From NCBI RefSeq assembly GCF_009914755.1, contig NC_060931.1: a DNA stretch of 64,000 nucleotides, one strand, 5' to 3'. Shown here in pieces: positions 53,001-64,000 of this stretch (the stretch's first letter is position 1; each line of letters begins with the position of its first letter). Under the pieces are notes generated by a model. That model searched no databases. It worked only from the letters and a program-made list of their open reading frames with translations, and was not told the DNA's origin. The translations under genes were made by a program, and so were the position numbers. Source of the stretch: the human T2T-CHM13v2.0 reference genome, Homo sapiens.

Positions 53001-56000
53001 GTCTGCAAGTGGATATATGGACCTGTTTGAGGCCTTCGTTGGAAACGGGATTTCTTCATTGAATGCTAGACGGAAGAATTCTCAGTAAATTCTTTGTGTT
53101 GTGTGCATTCAACTCACAGAGTGGAACGTCCCTTTAGACAGAGCAGATTTGAAACACTCTTTTTGCGGAATTTGCAAGTGGAGATTTCTAGCCATTTGAT
53201 GCCAACAGTAGAAAGGGAAATATCTTCAAATAAAAACCAGACAGAATCATTCTCAGAAAATTCTTTGTGATGTGTGCGTTCAACTCACATAGTTTAACCT
53301 TTCTTTTCATAGAGCAGTTTGGAAACACTCTGTTTGTAAAGTCTGCAAGTGGATATATGGACCGCATTGAGGCCTTCGTTGGAAACGGGATTTCTTCATT
53401 TCATGCTAGACAGAAGAATTCTCAGTAACTTCTTTGTGCTGTGTGTATTCAACTCACAGAGTGGAACGTCCCTTTGCACAGAGCAGATTTGAAACACTCT
53501 TTTTGTGGAGTTTGCAAGTGGAGATTTCAAGCGATTTGATGCCAACAGTAGAAAAGGAAATATCTTCAAATAAAAACTAGACAGAATCATTCTCAGAAAC
53601 TACTTTGTGATGTGTGCCTTCAACTCACAGAGTTTAACCTTTCTTTTCTTAGAGCAGTTTAGAAACACTCTGCTTGTTACGTCTGCAAGTGGATATTTGG
53701 ACCTCTTTGAGGCCTTCGTTGCAAACGGGGTTTCTTCCTTTCATGCTAGACTAAGAAGAGTTCTCAGTAACTTTTTTGTGTTGTGTGTATTCAACTCACA
53801 GAGTTGAACCTTGCTTTAGAGAGAGCAGATTTGAAACACTCTTGCTGTGGCATTTTCAGGTGGAGATTTCAAGCGATTTGAGGACAATTGCAGAAAAGGA
53901 AATATCTTCGTATAATAACCAGACAGAATCATTCTCAGAAAGTGCTTTGTGATGTGTGCGTTCAACTCACAGAGTTTAACCTTTCTTTTCATAGAGGAGT
54001 TTGGAAACACACTGTTTGTAAAGTCTGCAAGTGGATATATGGACCTGTTTGAGGCCTTCGTTGGAAACGGGATTTCTTCATTGAATGCTAGACGGAAGAA
54101 TTCTCAGTAAATTCTTTGTGTTGTGTGCATTCAACTCACAGAGTGGAACGTCCCTTTAGACAGAGCAGATTTGAAACACTCTTTTTGCGGAATTTGCAAG
54201 TGGAGATTTCTAGCCATTTGATGCCAACAGTAGAAAGGGAAATATCTTCAAATAAAAACCAGACAGAATCATTCTCAGAAAATTCTTTGTGATGTGTGCG
54301 TTCAACTCACATAGTTTAACCTTTCTTTTCATAGAGCAGTTTGGAAACACTCTGTTTGTAAAGTCTGCAAGTGGATATATGGACCGCATTGAGGCCTTCG
54401 TTGGAAACGGGATTTCTTCATTTCATGCTAGACAGAAGAATTCTCAGTAACTTCTTTGTGCTGTGTGTATTCAACTCACAGAGTGGAACGTCCCTTTGCA
54501 CAGAGCGGATTTGAAACACTCTTTTTGTGGAGTTTGCAAGTGGAGATTTCAAGCGATTTGATGCCAACAGTAGAAAAGGAAATATCTTCAAATAAAAACT
54601 AGACAGAATCATTCTCAGAAACTACTTTGTGATGTGTGCCTTCAACTCACAGAGTTCAACCTTTCTTTTCTTAGAGCAGTTTAGAAACACTCTGCTTGTT
54701 ATGTCTGCAAGTGGATATTTGGACCTCTTTGAGGCCTTCGTTGCAAACGGGGTTTCTTCCTTTCATGCTAGACTAAGAAGAGTTCTCAGTAACTTTTTTG
54801 TGTTGTGTGTATTCAACTCACAGAGTTGAACCTTGCTTTAGAGAGAGCAGATTTGAAACACTCTTGCTGTGGCATTTTCAGGTGGAGATTTCAAGCGATT
54901 TGAGGACAATTGCAGAAAAGGAAATATCTTCGTATAATAACCAGACAGAATCATTCTCAGAAAGTGCTTTGTGATGTGTGCGTTCAACTCACAGAGTTTA
55001 ACCTTTCTTTTCATAGAGGAGTTTGGAAACACACTGTTTGTAAAGTCTGCAAGTGGATACATGGACCTGTTTGAGGCCTTCGTTGGAAACGGGATTTCTT
55101 CATTGAATGCTAGACGGAAGAATTCTCAGTAAATTCTTTGTGTTGTGTGCATTCAACTCACAGAGTGGAACGTCCCTTTAGACAGAGCAGATTTGAAACA
55201 CTCTTTTTGCGGAATTTGCAAGTGGAGATTTCTAGCCATTTGATGCCAACAGTAGAAAGGGAAATATCTTCAAATAAAAACCAGACAGAATCATTCTCAG
55301 AAAATTCTTTGTGATGTGTGCGTTCAACTCACATAGTTTAACCTTTCTTTTCATAGAGCAGTTTGGAAACACTCTGTTTGTAAAGTCTGCAAGTGGATAT
55401 ATGGACCGCATTGAGGCCTTCGTTGGAAACGGGATTTCTTCATTTCATGCTAGACAGAAGAATTCTCAGTAACTTCTTTGTGCTGTGTGTATTCAACTCA
55501 CAGAGTGGAACGTCCCTTTGCACAGAGCAGATTTGAAACACTCTTTTTGTGGAGTTTGCAAGTGGAGATTTCAAGCGATTTGATGCCAACAGTAGAAAAG
55601 GAAATATCTTCAAATAAAAACTAGACAGAATCATTCTCAGAAACTACTTTGTGATGTGTGCCTTCAACTCACAGAGTTCAACCTTTCTTTTCTTAGAGCA
55701 GTTTAGAAACACTCTGCTTGTTATGTCTGCAAGTGGATATTTGGACCTCTTTGAGGCCTTCGTTGCAAACGGGGTTTCTTCCTTTCATGCTAGACTAAGA
55801 AGAGTTCTCAGTAACTTTTTTGTGTTGTGTGTATTCAACTCACAGAGTTGAACCTTGCTTTAGAGAGAGCAGATTTGAAACACTCTTGCTGTGGCATTTT
55901 CAGGTGGAGATTTCAAGCGATTTGAGGACAATTGCAGAAAAGGAAATATCTTCGTATAATAACCAGACAGAATCATTCTCAGAAAGTGCTTTGTGATGTG

Positions 56001-59000
56001 TGCGTTCAACTCACAGAGTTTAACCTTTCTTTTCATAGAGGAGTTTGGAAACACACTGTTTGTAAAGTCTGCAAGTGGATATATGGACCTGTTTGAGGCC
56101 TTCGTTGGAAACGGGATTTCTTCATTGAATGCTAGACGGAAGAATTCTCAGTAAATTCTTTGTGTTGTGTGCATTCAACTCACAGAGTGGAACGTCCCTT
56201 TAGACAGAGCAGATTTGAAACACTCTTTTTGCGGAATTTGCAAGTGGAGATTTCTAGCCATTTGATGCCAACAGTAGAAAGGGAAATATCTTCAAATAAA
56301 AACCAGACAGAATCATTCTCAGAAAATTCTTTGTGATGTGTGCGTTCAACTCACATAGTTTAACCTTTCTTTTCATAGAGCAGTTTGGAAACACTCTGTT
56401 TGTAAAGTCTGCAAGTGGATATATGGACCGCATTGAGGCCTTCGTTGGAAACGGGATTTCTTCATTTCATGCTAGACAGAAGAATTCTCAGTAACTTCTT
56501 TGTGCTGTGTGTATTCAACTCACAGAGTGGAACGTCCCTTTGCACAGAGCAGATTTGAAACACTCTTTTTGTGGAGTTTGCAAGTGGAGATTTCAAGCGA
56601 TTTGATGCCAACAGTAGAAAAGGAAATATCTTCAAATAAAAACTAGACAGAATCATTCTCAGAAACTACTTTGTGATGTGTGCCTTCAACTCACAGAGTT
56701 TAACCTTTCTTTTCTTAGAGCAGTTTAGAAACACTCTGCTTGTTACGTCTGCAAGTGGATATTTGGACCTCTTTGAGGCCTTCGTTGCAAACGGGGTTTC
56801 TTCCTTTCATGCTAGACTAAGAAGAGTTCTCAGTAACTTTTTTGTGTTGTGTGTATTCAACTCACAGAGTTGAACCTTGCTTTAGAGAGAGCAGATTTGA
56901 AACACTCTTGCTGTGGCATTTTCAGGTGGAGATTTCAAGCGATTTGAGGACAATTGCAGAAAAGGAAATATCTTCGTATAATAACCAGACAGAATCATTC
57001 TCAGAAAGTGCTTTGTGATGTGTGCGTTCAACTCACAGAGTTTAACCTTTCTTTTCATAGAGGAGTTTGGAAACACACTGTTTGTAAAGTCTGCAAGTGG
57101 ATATATGGACCTGTTTAAGGCCTTCGTTGGAAACGGGATTTCTTCATTGAATGCTAGACGGAAGAATTCTCAGTAAATTCTTTGTGTTGTGTGCATTCAA
57201 CTCACAGAGTGGAACGTCCCTTTAGACAGAGCAGATTTGAAACACTCTTTTTGCGGAATTTGCAAGTGGAGATTTCTAGCCATTTGATGCCAACAGTAGA
57301 AAGGGAAATATCTTCAAATAAAAACCAGACAGAATCATTCTCAGAAAATTCTTTGTGATGTGTGCGTTCAACTCACATAGTTTAACCTTTCTTTTCATAG
57401 AGCAGTTTGGAAACACTCTGTTTGTAAAGTCTGCAAGTGGATATATGGACCGCATTGAGGCCTTCGTTGGAAACGGGATTTCTTCATTTCATGCTAGACA
57501 GAAGAATTCTCAGTAACTTCTTTGTGCTGTGTGTATTCAACTCACAGAGTGGAACGTCCCTTTACACAGAGCAGATTTGAAACACTCTTTTTGTGGAGTT
57601 TGCAAGTGGAGATTTCAAGCGATTTGATGCCAACAGTAGAAAAGGAAATATCTTCAAATAAAAACTAGACAGAATCATTCTCAGAAACTACTTTGTGATG
57701 TGTGCCTTCAACTCACAGAGTTTAACCTTTCTTTTCTTAGAGCAGTTTAGAAAAACTCTGCTTGTTATGTCTGCAAGTGGATATTTGGACCTCTTTGAGG
57801 CCTTCGTTGCAAACGGGGTTTCTTCCTTTCATGCTAGACTAAGAAGAGTTCTCAGTAACTTTTTTGTGTTGTGTGTATTCAACTCACAGAGTTGAACCTT
57901 GCTTTAGAGAGAGCAGATTTGAAACACTCTTGCTGTGGCATTTTCAGGTGGAGATTTCAAGCGATTTGAGGACAATTGCAGAAAAGGAAATATCTTCGTA
58001 TAATAACCAGACAGAATCATTCTCAGAAAGTGCTTTGTGATGTGTGCGTTCAACTCACAGAGTTTAACCTTTCTTTTCATAGAGGAGTTTGGAAACACAC
58101 TGTTTGTAAAGTCTGCAAGTGGATACATGGACCTGTTTGAGGCCTTCGTTGGAAACGGGATTTCTTCATTGAATGCTAGACGGAAGAATTCTCAGTAAAT
58201 TCTTTGTGTTGTGTGCATTCAACTCACAGAGTGGAACGTCCCTTTAGACAGAGCAGATTTGAAACACTCTTTTTGCGGAATTTGCAAGTGGAGATTTCTA
58301 GCCATTTGATGCCAACAGTAGAAAGGGAAATATCTTCAAATAAAAACCAGACAGAATCATTCTCAGAAAATTCTTTGTGATGTGTGCGTTCAACTCACAT
58401 AGTTTAACCTTTCTTTTCATAGAGCAGTTTGGAAACACTCTGTTTGTAAAGTCTGCAAGTGGATATATGGACCGCATTGAGGCCTTCGTTGGAAACGGGA
58501 TTTCTTCATTTCATGCTAGACAGAAGAATTCTCAGTAACTTCTTTGTGCTGTGTGTATTCAACTCACAGAGTGGAACGTCCCTTTGCACAGAGCAGATTT
58601 GAAACACTCTTTTTGTGGAGTTTGCAAGTGGAGATTTCAAGCGATTTGATGCCAACAGTAGAAAAGGAAATATCTTCAAATAAAAACTAGACAGAATCAT
58701 TCTCAGAAACTACTTTGTGATGTGTGCCTTCAACTCACAGAGTTTAACCTTTCTTTTCTTAGAGCAGTTTAGAAACACTCTGCTTGTTATGTCTGCAAGT
58801 GGATATTTGGACCTCTTTGAGGCCTTCGTTGCAAACGGGGTTTCTTCCTTTCATGCTAGACTAAGAAGAGTTCTCAGTAACTTTTTTGTGTTGTGTGTAT
58901 TCAACTCACAGAGTTGAACCTTGCTTTAGAGAGAGCAGATTTGAAACACTCTTGCTGTGGCATTTTCAGGTGGAGATTTCAAGCGATTTGAGGACAATTG

Positions 59001-62000
59001 CAGAAAAGGAAATATCTTCGTATAATAACCAGACAGAATCATTCTCAGAAAGTGCTTTGTGATGTGTGCGTTCAACTCACAGAGTTTAACCTTTCTTTTC
59101 ATAGAGGAGTTTGGAAACACACTGTTTGTAAAGTCTGCAAGTGGATATATGGACCTGTTTGAGGCCTTCGTTGGAAACGGGATTTCTTCATTGAATGCTA
59201 GACGGAAGAATTCTCAGTAAATTCTTTGTGTTGTGTGCATTCAACTCACAGAGTGGAACGTCCCTTTAGACAGAGCAGATTTGAAACACTCTTTTTGCGG
59301 AATTTGCAAGTGGAGATTTCTAGCCATTTGATGCCAACAGTAGAAAAGGAAATATCTTCAAATAAAAACCAGACAGAATCATTCTCAGAAAATTCTTTGT
59401 GATGTGTGCGTTCAACTCACATAGTTTAACCTTTCTTTTCATAGAGCAGTTTGGAAACACTCTGTTTGTAAAGTCTGCAAGTGGATATATGGACCGCATT
59501 GAGGCCTTCGTTGGAAACGGGATTTCTTCATTTCATGCTAGACAGAAGAATTCTCAGTAACTTCTTTGTGCTGTGTGTATTCAACTCACAGAGTGGAACG
59601 TCCCTTTGCACAGAGCAGATTTGAAACACTCTTTTTGTGGAGTTTGCAAGTGGAGATTTCAAGCGATTTGATGCCAACAGTAGAAAAGGAAATATCTTCA
59701 AATAAAAACTAGACAGAATCATTCTCAGAAACTACTTTGTGATGTGTGCCTTCAAGTCACAGAGTTCAACCTTTCTTTTCTTAGAGCAGTTTAGAAACAC
59801 TCTGCTTGTTATGTCTGCAAGTGGATATTTGGACCTCTTTGAGGCCTTCGTTGCAAACGGGGTTTCTTCCTTTCATGCTAGACTAAGAAGAGTTCTCAGT
59901 AACTTTTTTGTGTTGTGTGTATTCAACTCACAGAGTTGAACCTTGCTTTAGAGAAAGCAGATTTGAAACACTCTTGCTGTGGCATTTTCAGGTGGAGATT
60001 TCAAGCGATTTGAGGACAATTGCAGAAAAGGAAATATCTTCGTATAATAACCAGACAGAATCATTCTCAGAAAGTGCTTTGTGATGTGTGCGTTCAACTC
60101 ACAGAGTTTAACCTTTCTTTTCATAGAGGAGTTTGGAAACACACTGTTTGTAAAGTCTGCAAGTGGATACATGGACCTGTTTGAGGCCTTCGTTGGAAAC
60201 GGGATTTCTTCATTGAATGCTAGAGGGAAGAATTCTCAGTAAATTTTTTGTGTTGTGTGCATTCAACTCACAGAGTGGAACGTCCCTTTAGACAGAGTAG
60301 ATTTGAAACACTCTTTTTGCGGAATTTGCAAGTGGAGATTTCTAGCCATTTGATGCCAACAGTAGAAAGGGAAATATCTTCAAATAAAAACCAGACAGAA
60401 TCATTCTCAGAAAATTCTTTGTGATGTGTGCGTTCAACTCACATAGTTTAACCATTCTTTTCATAGAGCAGTTTGGAAACACTCTGTTTGTAAAGTCTGC
60501 AAGTGGATATATGGACCGCATTGAGGCCTTCGTTGGAAACGGGATTTCTTCATTTCATGCTAGACAGAAGAATTCTCAGTAACTTCTTTGTGCTGTGTGT
60601 ATTCAACTCACAGAGTGGAACGTCCCTTTGCACAGAGCAGATTTGAAACACTCTTTTTGTGGAGTTTGCAAGTGGAGATTTCAAGCGATTTGATGCCAAC
60701 AGTAGAAAAGGAAATATCTTCAAATAAAAACTAGACAGAATCATTCTCAGAAACTACTTTGTGATGTGTGCCTTCAACTCACAGAGTTTAACCTTTCTTT
60801 TCTTAGAGTAGTTTAGAAACACTCTGCTTGTTATGTCTGCAAGTGGATATTTGGACCTCTTTGAGGCCTTCGTTGCAAACGGGGTTTCTTCCTTTCATGC
60901 TAGACTAAGAAGAGTTCTCAGTAACTTTTTTGTGTTGTGTGTATTCAACTCACAGAGTTGAACCTTGCTTTAGAGAGAGCAGATTTGAAACACTCTTGCT
61001 GTGGCATTTTCAGGTGGAGATTTCAAGCGATTTGAGGACAATTGCAGAAAAGGAAATATCTTCGTATAATAACCAGACAGAATCATTCTCAGAAAGTGCT
61101 TTGTGATGTGTGCGTTCAACTCACAGAGTTTAACCTTTCTTTTCATAGAGGAGTTTGGAAACACACTGTTTGTAAAGTCTGCAAGTGGATACATGGACCT
61201 GTTTGAGGCCTTCGTTGGAAACGGGATTTCTTCATTGAATGCTAGACGGAAGAATTCTCAGTAAATTCTTTGTGTTGTGTGCATTCAACTCACAGAGTGG
61301 AACGTCCCTTTAGACAGAGCAGATTTGAAACACTCTTTTTGCGGAATTTGCAAGTGGAGATTTCTAGCCATTTGATGCCAACAGTAGAAAGGGAAATATC
61401 TTCAAATAAAAACCAGACAGAATCATTCTCAGAAAATTCTTTGTGATGTGTGCGTTCAACTCACATAGTTTAACCTTTCTTTTCATAGAGCAGTTTGGAA
61501 ACACTCTGTTTGTAAAGTCTGCAAGTGGATATATGGACCGCGTTGAGGCCTTCGTTGGAAACGGGATTTCTTCATTTCATGCTAGACAGAAGAATTCTCA
61601 GTAACTGCTTTGTGCTGTGTGTATTCAACTCACAGAGTGGAACGTCCCTTTGCACAGAGCAGATTTGAAACACTCTTTTTGTGGAGTTTGCAAGTGGAGA
61701 TTTCAAGCGATTTGATGCCAACAGTAGAAAAGGAAATATCTTCAAATAAAAACTAGACAGAATCATTCTCAGAAACTACTTTGTGATGTGTGCCTTCAAC
61801 TCACAGAGTTTAACCTTTCTTTTCTTAGAGCAGTTTAGAAACACTCTGCTTGTTATGTCTGCAAGTGGATATTTGGACCTCTTTGAGGCCTTCGTTGCAA
61901 ACGGGGTTTCTTCCTTTCATGCTAGACTAAGAAGAGTTCTCAGTAACTTTTTTGTGTTGTGTGTATTCAACTCACAGAGTTGAACCCTGCTTTAGAGAGA

Positions 62001-64000
62001 GCAGATTTGAAACACTCTTGCTGTGGCATTTTCAGGTGGAGATTTCAAGCGATTTGAGGACAATTGCAGAAAAGGAAATATCTTCGTATAATAACCAGAC
62101 AGAATCATTCTCAGAAAGTGCTTTGTGATGTGTGCGTTCAACTCACAGAGTTTAACCTTTCTTTTCATAGAGGAGTTTGGAAACACACTGTTTGTAAAGT
62201 CTGCAAGTGGATATATGGACCTGTTTGAGGCCTTCGTTGGAAACGGGATTTCTTCATTGAATGCTAGACGGAAGAATTCTCAGTAAATTCTTTGTGTTGT
62301 GTGCATTCAACTCACAGAGTGGAACGTCCCTTTAGACAGAGCAGATTTGAAACACTCTTTTTGCGGAATTTGCAAGTGGAGATTTCTAGCCATTTGATGC
62401 CAACAGTAGAAAGGGAAATATCTTCAAATAAAAACCAGACAGAATCATTCTCAGAAAATTCTTTGTGATGTGTGCGTTCAACTCACATAGTTTAACCTTT
62501 CTTTTCATAGAGCAGTTTGGAAACACTCTGTTTGTAAAGTCTGCAAGTGGATATATGGACCGCATTGAGGCCTTCGTTGGAAACGGGATTTCTTCATTTC
62601 ATGCTAGACAGAAGAATTCTCAGTAACTTCTTTGTGCTGTGTGTATTCAACTCACAGAGTGGAACGTCCCTTTGCACAGAGCAGATTTGAAACACTCTTT
62701 TTGTGGAGTTTGCAAGTGGAGATTTCAAGCGATTTGATGCCAACAGTAGAAAAGGAAATATCTTCAAATAAAAACTAGACAGAATCCTTCTCAGAAACTA
62801 CTTTGTGATGTGTGCCTTCAACTCACAGAGTTTAACCTTTCTTTTCTTAGAGCAGTTTAGAAACACTCTGCTTGTTACGTCTGCAAGTGGATATTTGGAC
62901 CTCTTTGAGGCCTTCGTTGCAAACGGGGTTTCTTCCTTTCATGCTAGACTAAGAAGAGTTCTCAGTAACTTTTTTGTGTTGTGTGTATTCAACTCACAGA
63001 GTTGAACCTTGCTTTAGAGAGAGCAGATTTGAAACACTCTTGCTGTGGCATTTTCAGGTGGAGATTTCAAGCGATTTGAGGACAATTGCAGAAAAGGAAA
63101 TATCTTCGTATAATAACCAGACAGAATCATTCTCAGAAAGTGCTTTGTGATGTGTGCGTTCAACTCACAGAGTTTAACCTTTCTTTTCATAGAGGAGTTT
63201 GGAAACACACTGTTTGTAAAGTCTGCAAGTGGATACATGGACCTGTTTGAGGCCTTCGTTGGAAACGGGATTTCTTCATTGAATGCTAGACGGAAGAATT
63301 CTCAGTAAATTCTTTGTGTTGTGTGCATTCAACTCACAGAGTGGAACGTCCCTTTAGACAGAGCAGATTTGAAACACTCTTTTTGCGGAATTTGCAAGTG
63401 GAGATTTCTAGCCATTTGATGCCAACAGTAGAAAGGGAAATATCTTCAAATAAAAACCAGACAGAATCATTCTCAGAAAATTCTTTGTGATGTGTGCGTT
63501 CAACTCACATAGTTTAACCTTTCTTTTCATAGAGCAGTTTGGAAACACTCTGTTTGTAAAGTCTGCAAGTGGATATATGGACCGCATTGAGGCCTTCGTT
63601 GGAAACGGGATTTCTTCATTTCATGCTAGACAGAAGAATTCTCAGTAACTTCTTTGTGCTGTGTGTATTCAACTCACAGAGTGGAACGTCCCTTTGCACA
63701 GAGCAGATTTGAAACACTCTTTTTGTGGAGTTTGCAAGTGGAGATTTCAAGCGATTTGATGCCAACAGTAGAAAAGGAAATATCTTCAAATAAAAACTAG
63801 ACAGAATCATTCTCAGAAACTACTTTGTGATGTGTGCCTTCAACTCACAGAGTTCAACCTTTCTTTTCTTAGAGCAGTTTAGAAACACTCTGCTTGTTAT
63901 GTCTGCAAGTGGATATTTGGACCTCTTTGAGGCCTTCGTTGCAAACGGGGTTTCTTCCTTTCATGCTAGACTAAGAAGAGTTCTCAGTAACTTTTTTGTG

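Larger units (their letters stand above)
1..64000 (+). repeat. D7Z1: Alpha-satellite HOR array, 1022-bp 6-mer, SF1 (J1/J2 dimeric type), about 62.6 copies; probably human chr7 D7Z1 (S1C7H1L)
   Basis: Exact 1022-bp periodicity (ORF track steps by 1022 throughout). ~171-bp alphoid monomers (CATTCTCAGAAA...TTCAACTCACAGAG...GAAACACTCT...GCAAGTGGA) with a CENP-B box in every second monomer. EcoRI sites give 340- and 682-bp fragments. The chr7 call rests on the SF1 6-mer structure and on my recollection that GCTGTGGCATTTTCAGGTGG and AGCGATTTGAGGACAATTGC are D7Z1-diagnostic. Alpha-satellite identity is near certain; chr7 is ~0.85 and needs alignment to confirm. Confidence 0.95.

Noticed and set aside
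252-63810. Repeated 64-74 aa ORFs on both strands
   Set aside because: Chance open frames in alpha satellite. They mirror monomer periodicity, resemble no protein family I recognise, mostly use non-ATG starts, and are gained or lost freely through single SNVs.
1-64000. CRISPR-like repeat-spacer array
   Set aside because: There are no unique spacers and no cas genes; the entire unit repeats.
1-64000. Assignment to the chr1/5/19 SF1 array
   Set aside because: The diagnostic blocks (GATGCCAACAGTAG, GAGGACAATTGC) and fixed 1022-bp unit fit D7Z1 better from recollection; not confirmed by alignment.
1-64000. Embedded non-satellite insert (L1/Alu, viral or novel gene cassette)
   Set aside because: The unbroken 1022-bp register leaves no room for an insertion, and none was seen on reading.

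Overview
The whole 64 kb is one uninterrupted, single-orientation primate centromeric alpha-satellite array: about 62.6 copies of a 1022-bp six-monomer higher-order repeat (HOR). Monomers are 169/171/171/171/169/171 bp and alternate between CENP-B-box and box-less types, as in suprachromosomal family 1. It is most likely the live human chromosome 7 array D7Z1. There are no genes; all listed ORFs are artefacts of the repeat. I found no new gene system. The informative structure lies in the single-base variants between HOR copies: an 8-HOR (8176 bp) tandem duplication, a 4-HOR (4088 bp) near-triplication, smaller 2-, 3- and 5-HOR relationships, uneven CENP-B box loss, recurrent mutation sites and two multinucleotide mutations. 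HOR n starts at 1+1022*(n-1), and 'rel' means position within the HOR. Variants were called by eye, so a few may have been missed.
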